From Kiritimatiellia bacterium (GTDB taxonomy: Bacteria > Verrucomicrobiota > Kiritimatiellia > UBA8416 > JAWODU01), in contig JAWODU010000019.1 of assembly GCA_046483125.1 (NCBI GenBank), positions 1,911 to 65,910 on the forward strand: a stretch of DNA of 64,000 nucleotides, written 5' to 3'. Below, piece by piece: positions 28,587 to 38,128 of the stretch. A program made the translations under genes and the position numbers. The stretch's first letter is position 1. Each line of letters starts with the position of its first letter. Under the pieces are notes generated by a model. It worked only from the letters and a program-made list of their open reading frames with translations, was not told the origin of the DNA and made no database searches.

Positions 28587-29636
28587 ATGCCGAACGCACC
28601 GACAACAAAAATAATCGCCACACTGGGGCCGGCCAGCGATACATACGGCGTAATTCGCCGCATGGTCAGACAGGGCCTCGACATTGTCCGTCTTAACTTT
28701 TCCCACGGCAGTCACGCCTCGCATCTGCGTCTTCTTCAGACCGTCCGGAAAATCAACGCTAAATACCGCCGCCGCGTAAAAATAATGCAGGATCTCGAAG
28801 GCTTCCGCATACGCGTGGGACGGATTGAAAGCGAGGAGGGAATGGAACTGGCCAAGGGCAGGCGGATTGTCCTTAACAGGTCCGCGAAGGCATCAGGGGC
28901 TTCAACCGTACCCTTCGATTATTCAGGCGACCTGAACCGGATACCGAAAGGACAGCTTATATTCATAGACGACGGCAACCTGGTCCTGAGAGCCGATTCC
29001 AGAACCGCTCATACCGTGAGAACCACCGTTATCGAAGGCGGAAGGCTCTTCAGCCGCAAAGGGGTGAACATGCCCGGCGTAAAGCTGGACTTCCCGGTGC
29101 CCACGGAAAAGGACCGCGAGGACATCGAATTCGGAGTTGAGCACGAAGTTGATTTCATCGCGCTTTCCTTTGTGCGGACCGGCGCGGACGTGGCGGCCGT
29201 ACGCGACTTGGTGAAAAAACGTCATCCCGACTGCGGCATAATAGCCAAGATAGAATCGCGTGACGCCGTCAGAAACCTGGAATCTATCATAAAAGCGTCC
29301 GACGGCATTATGATCGCCCGGGGAGACATGGGCATAGCCATGCCCGTCTACAAGGTGCCCATGATTCAGAAGGACATTATCCGCAGATGCAATGAGTGCG
29401 GTAAACTCGTGATAACCGCCACTCAGATGCTCGAGAGCATGGCCCGGAGGAAACGCCCCAGCCGCGCGGAAGCGGCCGACGTGGCAAACGCGGTTCTGGA
29501 CGGCACCGACTGCGCCATGCTTTCGGGTGAAACGGCTTCGGGCAAATACCCTGTGGAATCGGTGAAAATGATGAACGATATCATAAAATACACGGAATCG
29601 CGGAGGTCTTCGGCCGGTGAAGGATACCGGAGATAA
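28587..29636 (+). CDS. pyk: Pyruvate kinase, short form lacking the C-terminal domain
   Basis: TKIIATLGP, the NFSHG motif, MIARGDLG-like MIARGDMG and TQMLESM. The protein ends after the A domain (about 350 aa). Confidence 0.8.
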   Translation: MPNAPTTKIIATLGPASDTYGVIRRMVRQGLDIVRLNFSHGSHASHLRLLQTVRKINAKYRRRVKIMQDLEGFRIRVGRIESEEGMELAKGRRIVLNRSAKASGASTVPFDYSGDLNRIPKGQLIFIDDGNLVLRADSRTAHTVRTTVIEGGRLFSRKGVNMPGVKLDFPVPTEKDREDIEFGVEHEVDFIALSFVRTGADVAAVRDLVKKRHPDCGIIAKIESRDAVRNLESIIKASDGIMIARGDMGIAMPVYKVPMIQKDIIRRCNECGKLVITATQMLESMARRKRPSRAEAADVANAVLDGTDCAMLSGETASGKYPVESVKMMNDIIKYTESRRSSAGEGYRR

Positions 29637-30549
29637 GAAACCGTCCACCAAGCGCTTCAGGCGCGCGGCGCTCGCGCTTATCGCCGCGGCGGTAATTGCC
29701 GCCTGCTGGTTCGGGGGGCCCGCCGGTATCCTGCTCAGGAAAATCCTTTCCGGATATCTGCCTTACGAAACCCGTGAAGTAACCGTCACAGCCATCAGGC
29801 GCCGGAAAGCGTCCGAAAGCCTCAAAAGGGGCCTGTCTCTCCGGATAGAGCCTGAGCGGCTTATGGAAATAATCACCGCCGCGTATCCGGCCGCGGCGGC
29901 TCTGCCCCGGAAACTGGTCGAAAAAGGACTGTGCGTCGACGGTTACTGGCGGCCCGGGGAGTTCTCCCTGCCCGGAGGCGAATCGATACCGCTGAAACTC
30001 ATCCTGGAAGACACCCGTAACGGACCGGTGCTCGAAGGCAGGCTTCCGGTTGAGGAGGTCAACAGATCGCTGGAAACGGAACTTGTCGAGAAACTGAGGC
30101 GGAAGAAGAAATGGTTTCTTGGACATTATGAAGTAGTTTATGAGCCCGAATTCGTAACGTTCGCGCTGAGGTCACAGTCCGGTCCAGTTCTTACTCCCGT
30201 CACGAGCCGTAAATTCTTTTTCGAGGCCTCCGGACGCGTGAAAATATGGTTTGAGGACAGCCTGATTGCCGCCCGCAAAACCGCCGACGTAAAGAACCTC
30301 TTCGGGACAATAAACGTGAAAGTCGTCCGCGAAGACTCCCGGACGCGTCTTTCGTACGAAGCAGTCGTCGACATTCTGGAAGCCGATCTGCACGACACGC
30401 CGCCGTGGCTGGAAAGAGACCTGATTGACGACCTTCGGGAATCCCTGGAAAAATCACTGAACCGCGACAAGAACAGGAAACGCGTGGAAAGTCTCCCGAT
30501 TCCGGAATGGGCGCCCATGGATCTCGCAGTGAATCTAAGATTCGACTGA
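29617..30549 (+). CDS. Membrane-anchored hypothetical protein
   Basis: 310 aa with one N-terminal TM helix (AALALIAAAVIAACWF) and no recognisable family. Confidence 0.45.
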   Translation: MKDTGDKKPSTKRFRRAALALIAAAVIAACWFGGPAGILLRKILSGYLPYETREVTVTAIRRRKASESLKRGLSLRIEPERLMEIITAAYPAAAALPRKLVEKGLCVDGYWRPGEFSLPGGESIPLKLILEDTRNGPVLEGRLPVEEVNRSLETELVEKLRRKKKWFLGHYEVVYEPEFVTFALRSQSGPVLTPVTSRKFFFEASGRVKIWFEDSLIAARKTADVKNLFGTINVKVVREDSRTRLSYEAVVDILEADLHDTPPWLERDLIDDLRESLEKSLNRDKNRKRVESLPIPEWAPMDLAVNLRFD

Positions 30550-33500
30550 ACCATCTGCGGCGAGATACACGGTGATCTCGCTGACGTCGCCTTCGCGGAT
30601 GCGGCGGGCAAGCGGGTCATCGACGGAGCATCCGCTTGCCTCCGCTGAACCGCCGTCTTCGAACCGGAGCACGTAACGCGCGGGAGAGACCCCGTCTTCG
30701 CCGAAGGTGTTCTTCTTCCCGGGGTTCACGTAAACCACCAGGGTCCTGTTGAAAAGCACGAAGGCGTAGTGATCGGCGGGCAGAACGGATTCTCTTGTTT
30801 CTCCATCCCTGAGCCAGTTGACCTTCCGTTCCGCGCGGGCGAACAGCCACGCGGGCAGTACGGGCCGGAGACGGAAACGAAGGCGGCCCCCGCCGTCCGT
30901 CTCAAAAGGCGCGTTGCCGCAGTTGGCGTGTATCCACATGTCGTGAAACTCCGCAGTGGCCCCGCTGAGACGCGCATAGAAACCCCGGCCGTGCCACTCC
31001 CGGCACGGATGCGCGGAAGTGACCAGGAAGGAGGAATTCTCCAGGACCGAGCGGCCGTAGCGTTCCGGGGGCTGGAAGGGAATGAGGGCTTTTCGCATGT
31101 CCCGCCAGAACTCGGAATGCAGTCCGGATTTCAGGACCTCCAGCAGGAACTTGTACTCCATGTGCAGCCATATGGACGCGTTTTCGAGATACCCCGGCGG
31201 CCAGGCGCATGCCGCTCCCATCTGTTCGTAAACTCTGCCGAGGGGCTCGCTGACCCGGTACATTTCAAGCTCGGTATCGTAAAGCGGGGAGTTGCGCACC
31301 GCCAGATACTGGCTCCGGGCTTCATCCTCATCCCGGGAGGACCTGAGGTAATGCATCGGCCCTTCCAGAAAGTCCGTCAGGCCGTGCTGTTCAAATCGTC
31401 CGGGCACCACCACGACGCGGCCGTCTTTTTTCACGGTCTCGTACTCGACAAGCCGGTGATAGAAGTAGCTCGTAATAAGACCGGTTTTCCCGTCAATGGC
31501 GCGTTCAATGCCGCTGTCCAGTTTTTCGCGGCACGCCTTCAGAAAAGCCGCGGCCGCGTTCGCCCCAAGTGTCTTTTCCTCCCCGTCTATGCCGTCACGT
31601 GTTGAAGCACGGAAGGTTTCCTTGGCGGTGTTCGTGCGGTCCCAGTATTCAAACAGCGAATCCGGATCGTCGCCCGCCGTATCCCGGAGCGCCGCGCTCA
31701 CCGCGTCCACGAGGTCCGCGACTTCCCCGGGCAGTCGTATTTCAGCCGACCCGGCGTCCGGGAGGACGTCCGTCAACAGGTCCACAAGCCTTCGAAGCTC
31801 TATAGTTTCGTTTATGCTGGACCCGAAGTGGCGGGACATATCGTGCAGAGCGTCGTTCCAGTTGGCTTTTCCCGCTTCGAATTCAATGCCCATTCCGAAG
31901 GGATCCAGCGTGGCCATTTTCACCGGCACCAGCGCGAAGAGCCTCTCGAACAGAGACGTTTCGTAGACTTCTCCGGCGCCGCGGCCGATCCTTACTCCCT
32001 GGACCGGAAGCGGCAGAGGCGGCCAGGGCTCGCGGTTCGTATCCAGGAAATTCTTTTGTACCGGTATGCCGTCTTCAATCACTACGCGTTCTGAACGCGG
32101 TCTGACAAACGCTTCGCCGCGGCAGAAACGGTAAGTCCTGTCGTCGAAGAAAAGTTCTTTCCTGCAGTCGGGATAGAGGGAGAGAAAGCTGTCTATGAAA
32201 TCCAGGTTGTAGTGGAAATGGTCCGTCCAGAAACCGCTGATGGTGTCGGCTTTGTGCACGGCAAAGCTTTTCGCCATTACCCGGCCGAGAAATTCCAGCG
32301 GCTGTACGGCGGTTTTAATTCTGTTTTCGGCAACGGCCGTAAGAAGCCCTCCCGGGGTGAATTCTCTTTTCAGTATCTCCGTCAACACGGCCGTACCTTC
32401 ACCTCCCGCCCCGGCTTCGGCAGCGGCTTCGCCCGGAACGACGCCCTCTTCAAGCCTGAACACAGTTCCGAAAAGGTAATGCGGATTGTAACCGTCCAGG
32501 AAAATCATATCTGTATAGGTCCGGATATTGCTCTCGAGGACGTCGGGGTTCACGTAAATGGCGTTGCGCTGGTTCTGCGCTATATCCCGGTACCCGCCGT
32601 TGCCCTGGGACCAGAAACACGGTTCCACTTCGAAATGATTGTAGTCGCGCTCAAGGTCCCCGTGAATTCTGGAATAGACGTAAAAGACCCGTTTGCGGCC
32701 CGAAGCATCCGGAAGGTTAACCGGCAATCCGCCCCGCAGTACGTTATCCAGAAAAGTCGCCCGGCAGTAGTTGTCGTACGTAACGTCCGCGGAGAAAACG
32801 GCGCAGGGATTGGTAATCTCACTGATCAGGCGGCGGTTTTCCTCCCGCTTCTGCTTAAACCAGCCCGGGGTACACGCGGAGGCGGAGATACTCTCCAGTT
32901 TTGCCCGCCCGTTGACGTGCCCGTAAAGCGCGTGAATTGCGACGGTTTCGCCGGGGGGGATTTCCACGGATTTTGCCATCATCGCGGTGAAGAGAAGCCC
33001 TTCGCAAAGCTGGCCGCGCGGCACACTGAAAGGCGCGTCGAGAAAAGCGCGGGGAAGGTCAAGGCCGGTGTCCGGCCCGAACACGCATGCGGGATCCACA
33101 ATCGGCGGCATCAGCCCCTCTTCGTCACAGTGAAGGGCGAAATGTCCGCCGCCTTCCGCGCCCTGCGCCGACAGTTTGCGGGTCTGGAAGACGGGCGCGC
33201 GGTTTTCCAGGTTGGCCGCCACCGCCGTGCCCGAACGCGTGTTCATCATGTGCTTGATGTCCATGTGGTCAAGGCCGAACGGCAGGACCCTTGGAAGACC
33301 GTCGATCCATTCAATTGAGACTGTTTCACTGCCGGTATTGGTGACGCTGACGCGGCGGGCAAGAGCAGGGTACAGTTCCCGCGGGACAGTCATGAAGGTA
33401 ACGTTGACTTCAACGTTGAGACGCGGGTTTATTTCTTTCAGGTTCAGCTCGGCAGGATTAAAGGAAAGAGTAGATACACAGCCGTACTCGCGGGGACCCC

Positions 33501-33792
33501 TTCCGGGCCGGAACGGTTCGTAATACTGCCCCGCGACTTTCAGGAACGTGCGGAAACCGCCCAGGGGCGTCAACCGGTAAGCGTCCACCGCCGGTGAAAA
33601 ATCCAGCATGGCTCCGGACTTGTTGCGCACGCCGAATGAACTCACGCACTGTCCGCGGTTGACGAAGAAACACCAGAGCGGCACGCCGTCCAGGCCGGCC
33701 ACTCCCGGAAAGAAATTCGCGAAAGGCGCGGCGTTGTTGTAGTTCTCGATGGTTGTGGAACCATCTTCGGAGATATCATAGCTCACTTTCAA
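30535..33792 (-). CDS. Large (1085 aa) uncharacterised protein, possibly (alpha/alpha)6-barrel glycoside hydrolase/phosphorylase-like
   Basis: Long ORF with a soluble composition and weak resemblance to toroid glycosidase/phosphorylase families. Last gene of a co-directional array. Confidence 0.5.
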   Translation of the reverse strand: MKVSYDISEDGSTTIENYNNAAPFANFFPGVAGLDGVPLWCFFVNRGQCVSSFGVRNKSGAMLDFSPAVDAYRLTPLGGFRTFLKVAGQYYEPFRPGRGPREYGCVSTLSFNPAELNLKEINPRLNVEVNVTFMTVPRELYPALARRVSVTNTGSETVSIEWIDGLPRVLPFGLDHMDIKHMMNTRSGTAVAANLENRAPVFQTRKLSAQGAEGGGHFALHCDEEGLMPPIVDPACVFGPDTGLDLPRAFLDAPFSVPRGQLCEGLLFTAMMAKSVEIPPGETVAIHALYGHVNGRAKLESISASACTPGWFKQKREENRRLISEITNPCAVFSADVTYDNYCRATFLDNVLRGGLPVNLPDASGRKRVFYVYSRIHGDLERDYNHFEVEPCFWSQGNGGYRDIAQNQRNAIYVNPDVLESNIRTYTDMIFLDGYNPHYLFGTVFRLEEGVVPGEAAAEAGAGGEGTAVLTEILKREFTPGGLLTAVAENRIKTAVQPLEFLGRVMAKSFAVHKADTISGFWTDHFHYNLDFIDSFLSLYPDCRKELFFDDRTYRFCRGEAFVRPRSERVVIEDGIPVQKNFLDTNREPWPPLPLPVQGVRIGRGAGEVYETSLFERLFALVPVKMATLDPFGMGIEFEAGKANWNDALHDMSRHFGSSINETIELRRLVDLLTDVLPDAGSAEIRLPGEVADLVDAVSAALRDTAGDDPDSLFEYWDRTNTAKETFRASTRDGIDGEEKTLGANAAAAFLKACREKLDSGIERAIDGKTGLITSYFYHRLVEYETVKKDGRVVVVPGRFEQHGLTDFLEGPMHYLRSSRDEDEARSQYLAVRNSPLYDTELEMYRVSEPLGRVYEQMGAACAWPPGYLENASIWLHMEYKFLLEVLKSGLHSEFWRDMRKALIPFQPPERYGRSVLENSSFLVTSAHPCREWHGRGFYARLSGATAEFHDMWIHANCGNAPFETDGGGRLRFRLRPVLPAWLFARAERKVNWLRDGETRESVLPADHYAFVLFNRTLVVYVNPGKKNTFGEDGVSPARYVLRFEDGGSAEASGCSVDDPLARRIREGDVSEITVYLAADGSVES

Positions 33793-33810
33793 GGGTACGA
33801 TGCTTTCCTG

Positions 33811-34326
33811 TTACCTGATCTCGCGGCCCGGCTTTTCGATACGCGACTCTATCACGGGAAGAACGTCGTACATGCGTATCAGCATCTGCTCTTCGGTTGC
33901 GTCGGGCGAAACCACGAATATAACATTGCCCCGGACGAAGTACCTTAACCCCGCCATTTCCGTAACGACATCAAGAGTTTCTCCCAGCTTCAGTCCCCTG
34001 GCCCTGAGGGTGAGCGCGGGCAGGGTGATTTTTTCTCCGGCGCGCGGTTTCAGGGCCAGCACTATGTTGACGCCCTTCATATTTCCCGCGCCGGGATCGA
34101 GGTCCGCGCTTTTTGCCGTGAGAAAATCAAGGATATCCCGAACATCCGCCTGCCTGAAATCGATCTTCGGTATGGTTATATTTTCAAGTTTCCAGTTTGT
34201 GAGCCGGGTTCTTGCGGCTTCGCTGTTTTCACCCTCGCCGCACATGCCGGAAAGAGCGGAAGCGCATAGAACAAGAACAAATAAACCGCAAAACGGAAAA
34301 CGGTCACTGGATCTAAATAAACTCAT
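33811..34326 (-). CDS. Small secreted protein or lipoprotein with a single secretin-N/STN-like domain
   Basis: 171 aa. The signal peptide is followed by IDFRQADVRDILDFLTAKSADLD...NIVLAL...ITL...LGLRYFVRGNVIFV, which fits the secretin N-domain pattern. Confidence 0.5.
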   Translation of the reverse strand: MSLFRSSDRFPFCGLFVLVLCASALSGMCGEGENSEAARTRLTNWKLENITIPKIDFRQADVRDILDFLTAKSADLDPGAGNMKGVNIVLALKPRAGEKITLPALTLRARGLKLGETLDVVTEMAGLRYFVRGNVIFVVSPDATEEQMLIRMYDVLPVIESRIEKPGREIR

Positions 34327-34327
34327 C

Positions 34328-35791
34328 CTATTTGCCGGGGTCCCACCTGCCTACGAGCTTCTCGAAGGCAGGGCCGGGAAAGTTCTCCTTGAAAATCCTG
34401 TAATACCACATTTCCTTCGGAGAATTGAGCCTGTAACCGCCTTCCGTGTTCCGGCTCTCTTCCGTGAATGCGTCCTTTTCGAGCTTCCTGCCGGCTATTT
34501 CGTCCATCAGGTCGTCCGTTCCCGTACCGGCGGAAAATCTCAGTTTGACCCTCCTGTATATTCTGTCGGGCAGAAGGTCTCTGAAAGCTTCGCGAAGTAT
34601 CCATTTTTCCACGAGCGTACCGTTCCCGGACGGATGAATTTTCCATTGCACAGGCGCTGAGTCCGCGAAAGCTATCACGTGCGGATCGATGAAAGGAGTC
34701 CTGTAATTTATGCCGTTACCCATCATCGCCCTGTCTAGCCGCTGTACGGCAGTGTTGTAAGCTATGGCCACGAGCTTGTGCATCATATGCAGGCGGTCGA
34801 GATCCGTGGGCAGTTCCTTCAGAAGATGATATCCTCCGAAAAGCTCGTCTCCCCCTTCCCCGCTCAAGATGCAGTTTGTGAATCCGCTTGCCAGCCTGGA
34901 AGCGAACAGATTTGATATCGCCCCGCTGACGCAATCCTCGTCGAATGATTCCAGGATCCGGACCGCTTCCGGCACCATTGTCTCTATTTCCGAAGCGTCG
35001 AAAATGTGGACCTCGTGTTTCATGTTAAGGTGTTTAGCCATCAGTTCCGCGTTCTCCAGGTCCTGCGCCCCTTCCACCCCAACGGTCACCGCGGGCACTT
35101 CCGCTCCAATCTCTCTTGCCGCGGCGGCTATTACCGAACTGTCCAGGCCGCCGCTCAGAAGGCAGGCGCCGACGGCCCCGTCCTCTATGCGGCGTTTCAC
35201 CGATTCGCTGAGAATTACGCGCAGTTTTTCAGCGGCTTCCCCCGCTTCGGCCGGCATGGTTATGTCCGGCTGGCGCGCCACGTACCCGCCGGTTCCGTGC
35301 CTCGCCGAATACGTAGTTGAAGGATGCATTTCCCACACGTCCTCAACCAGCCCGGACAGCGCCTTCATTTCGGAAGCGAAACACAGCGCGCCGTTCTTAG
35401 CCGTTCCAGCGTACAGGGGACGCACACCGACGGGATCCCTGGCAAGAACCACGTCTTTGCCGTCGTAAACCGCGCTGGCGAATACCCCCTCCAGATAGGC
35501 GGGAAAAGCCAGTCCGTGTTTCTCAAACTCATCCATCACAACATCCGCGTCGGACTGTCCCCGCGGCCGGTCGTTGTAAATTTCCCCATCCAGCAAAACA
35601 GCAATGTTGTCCTTTTGGGTAAACCCGTTCCCCCGCGCCGGAGAAAGACGCCCGGCGCAGACACCCAGGGCCGCCTGTTCGTACTGCCTGATTTCACGGC
35701 TGTCGGCTCCCCGGTGCCGCATGGTTTCGATCATACCGGCTGCACGTTCTTTATCGCTTCCCGCCCCGAACATTCCCGCTATTCCCGCCAT
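34328..35791 (-). CDS. Asparagine-synthase-family amidotransferase homologue lacking the N-terminal Cys nucleophile
   Basis: 487 aa. Starts MAGIAG rather than MCGI. SGGLDSS PP-loop ATP pyrophosphatase motif. Its stop overlaps the downstream start by 1 nt. Confidence 0.8.
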   Translation of the reverse strand: MAGIAGMFGAGSDKERAAGMIETMRHRGADSREIRQYEQAALGVCAGRLSPARGNGFTQKDNIAVLLDGEIYNDRPRGQSDADVVMDEFEKHGLAFPAYLEGVFASAVYDGKDVVLARDPVGVRPLYAGTAKNGALCFASEMKALSGLVEDVWEMHPSTTYSARHGTGGYVARQPDITMPAEAGEAAEKLRVILSESVKRRIEDGAVGACLLSGGLDSSVIAAAAREIGAEVPAVTVGVEGAQDLENAELMAKHLNMKHEVHIFDASEIETMVPEAVRILESFDEDCVSGAISNLFASRLASGFTNCILSGEGGDELFGGYHLLKELPTDLDRLHMMHKLVAIAYNTAVQRLDRAMMGNGINYRTPFIDPHVIAFADSAPVQWKIHPSGNGTLVEKWILREAFRDLLPDRIYRRVKLRFSAGTGTDDLMDEIAGRKLEKDAFTEESRNTEGGYRLNSPKEMWYYRIFKENFPGPAFEKLVGRWDPGK

Positions 35792-35821
35792 AGTCCAACT
35801 CCCTTCTTTTTTTCTCCCTGT

Positions 35822-36715
35822 TCAGAGCAGGCCCTGCTCTTTCAGAAACTGTTCCGCCACTTCTTCCGGTTCGCGTTTTTTTTCATCGACCTGGTAGTTG
35901 AGCTTTCTCATCGTCTTATCGTCAATCAAACCGCCGAGACGTTCCAGGGCATCGACCGCGTCCGGATACTTCTCTTTAAATTCAATGCGAATTACCGGGG
36001 CCGCGAAATACGGCGGGAAGAACTGCTTGTCGTCTTTCAGTTTTTGCAGATTGTAAGCGGCAATGCGTCCGTCGGTGGCAAAGGCGCAGATTACGTCCAC
36101 GTTGCCCTGCTCCGCCGCTTCATACATGATCCCGGGGTCCATGTCCATGGTGTTCCCGAAATCAAGCCCGTAGCGGTTCTTGAGACCGGGGTACCCGTCC
36201 TCACGTTCCATGAATTCGGCCGTGAATCCGGCCGTCAGGGTATCGCCAATGGCCCCGAGGTCGCTTATGGTGTCCAGGTTTTTTTCTTCGGCGAAGCTTT
36301 CGCGGACCGTTATGGCGTAAGTGTTGTTGAAGCCGAAGGGTTCCAGCCAGTCGCATTGATAGCGCTCCCTGTAAGCCCGGTCCACAGCCTCGTACGCTTC
36401 TTCGGGGTCCCGTATCACGTCTTTTTTCAGAATGGCCGTCAGGGCGGTTCCTGTGTATTCGGCGTACACGTCAAGGCTTCCGGATTCCAGCCCTCCGTGG
36501 CAGATCATTGTGCCTCCGAGGTTGAACACTCTCTTAACGTCCATGTCTGTTTCCGCCTCGATCACAAGGGCCATCAGTTCGCCCAGTATCAGCTGTTCGG
36601 TAAAGTTTTTCGACCCTACCCGGATAACGCCTTCCGTGTTGCCGCCGCCGCATCCGGATCCGGCTAGAATCGCGGCCGCCGCCGCGCACGCCGTTATGTT
36701 TTTTATTATATGCAT
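35822..36715 (-). CDS. Glycine betaine/quaternary-amine ABC transporter substrate-binding lipoprotein (OpuAC/ProX-like)
   Basis: 297 aa with a LAGSGC lipobox and IRVGSKNFTEQLILGEL typical of OpuAC. Confidence 0.85.
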   Translation of the reverse strand: MHIIKNITACAAAAAILAGSGCGGGNTEGVIRVGSKNFTEQLILGELMALVIEAETDMDVKRVFNLGGTMICHGGLESGSLDVYAEYTGTALTAILKKDVIRDPEEAYEAVDRAYRERYQCDWLEPFGFNNTYAITVRESFAEEKNLDTISDLGAIGDTLTAGFTAEFMEREDGYPGLKNRYGLDFGNTMDMDPGIMYEAAEQGNVDVICAFATDGRIAAYNLQKLKDDKQFFPPYFAAPVIRIEFKEKYPDAVDALERLGGLIDDKTMRKLNYQVDEKKREPEEVAEQFLKEQGLL

Positions 36716-36728
36716 AACTTAACTCCCG

Positions 36729-37370
36729 TTATTCCGACTGCCTCAGTTTCTTTTTCAGTGCTTTCTCCGCGAGATGGAGCAGAAAATCGACCAGCAACGC
36801 CAGTATCGAAGCCCCGACGACTCCCAGCAGTATGAGGTCGCGACTGCGTATGCTGAGTCCGCGGTTAATGAAATCGCCCAGGCCTCCGGCGCCGATAAGC
36901 GTGGAAAGTGTCGCGATACCGATATTGATCACGGTCGCCGTGCGGATGCCGGCCATGATAATGGGTGAAGCAAGCGGCAGTTCCACCTTCCATAACCTCT
37001 GTGTACGGGTATATCCCAGGCCGTTGGCGGCTTCCAGAATGGCCGGGCCCACATTCTGAAGCCCAGCATAGGTGTTGCGCACAATAGGCAGAAGCGCGTA
37101 TAGCACCAGCGCCGTAAAGGCGGGAAGAAAGCCCATCGCGTTCATCCATACCTGCAGGAGGGCCAGCATGGCCAGACTGGGGATGGTCTGCACGACCCCC
37201 GCGATCCCCATCACCGGGCCGGCAAGCTTTTGATGCCGCCCCACCAGCATGCCAAGCGGCACGCCCACGGCCACGGCGAGCCCGCAGGCCGAACCCACCA
37301 GCAGTACATGCTCCAGTGTTTTACTCAGCAACATCGTGTGCCGTTCGGCGATAAGGTTCAGGAATTCCAT
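36729..37370 (-). CDS. ABC transporter permease (OpuAB/ProW-like)
   Basis: 213 aa with 5-6 TM helices and a BPD-transporter EAA-like loop. Confidence 0.85.
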   Translation of the reverse strand: MEFLNLIAERHTMLLSKTLEHVLLVGSACGLAVAVGVPLGMLVGRHQKLAGPVMGIAGVVQTIPSLAMLALLQVWMNAMGFLPAFTALVLYALLPIVRNTYAGLQNVGPAILEAANGLGYTRTQRLWKVELPLASPIIMAGIRTATVINIGIATLSTLIGAGGLGDFINRGLSIRSRDLILLGVVGASILALLVDFLLHLAEKALKKKLRQSE

Positions 37371-38128
37371 GACGCTTCCCGGTTAAGCTGTTTCAGTTGA
37401 TTCGCCGGTTTTTCAAACAGGCTTTTTACAAAATCGGAGGCGGGGCGCTGAAGGATGTCATCTTTTGTCCCTACCTGTTCCAGCCGGCCCTCATGCATCA
37501 CCGCCACGCGGTCGGCCAGTGTCAGCGCTTCGAAAATATCGTGGGTAACGAAAATAATCGATTTGCTGATTTCCCTCTTCAGCGAAAGGAATTCCTGCTG
37601 AAGCTCGTCCCTGGTCAGCGCGTCCAGGGCGCCGAAAGGCTCGTCCATCAGGAGGTATTTCGGATCGGCCGCCAGACCCCGCGCAACTCCCACCCGCTGT
37701 TTCTGTCCCCCGGAAAGCTGATCGGGGTATTGAGAGCCGTACCGGTCGGGGGGCAGTTTAACCAGCTCCATAAGCTTCCGTGAACGATCACGGCGTTTCT
37801 GCCGGTCCCAGCCAAGAAGGCGCGGCACGGTTTCAATGTTTTCCTCAACGGTCATGTGAGGAAACAGGCCGATGCCCTGGAAAACATATCCGATGGACCT
37901 GCGAAGTTCTACCTCGTCGCGGTCCATGATATTCCGGCCGTCCACCGTAATGATACCGCCCGAAAGTTCAATCAGGCGGTTGATCATCTTGAGCGTGGTG
38001 GTCTTGCCGCATCCGGAGGACCCCAGCAGAACGAGCGTTTCATCCTCTTCAACGGTCAGGGAAACGCCGTCCACCGCGTATGTACTGCCGCCGTCAAAGG
38101 ACTTTCTGACTTCCTCGAGCTCAATCAT
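37358..38128 (-). CDS. ABC transporter ATP-binding protein (OpuAA/ProV-like, no CBS domains)
   Basis: 256 aa. Walker A GSSGCGKTT, signature LSGGQKQRV and Walker B LLMDEP. Confidence 0.9.
   Translation of the reverse strand: MIELEEVRKSFDGGSTYAVDGVSLTVEEDETLVLLGSSGCGKTTTLKMINRLIELSGGIITVDGRNIMDRDEVELRRSIGYVFQGIGLFPHMTVEENIETVPRLLGWDRQKRRDRSRKLMELVKLPPDRYGSQYPDQLSGGQKQRVGVARGLAADPKYLLMDEPFGALDALTRDELQQEFLSLKREISKSIIFVTHDIFEALTLADRVAVMHEGRLEQVGTKDDILQRPASDFVKSLFEKPANQLKQLNREASWNS

Noticed and set aside
34328-35791. Lasso-peptide cyclase linked to the PqqD-like gene
   Set aside because: The AsnB-like gene lies about 26 kb from the PqqD-like gene, in a different operon, and no B2 protease or precursor is nearby. 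A lasso cluster is therefore not supported.
35324-36667. 447-aa plus-strand ORF
   Set aside because: It is antisense to the AsnB-like and OpuAC genes and has no family resemblance.
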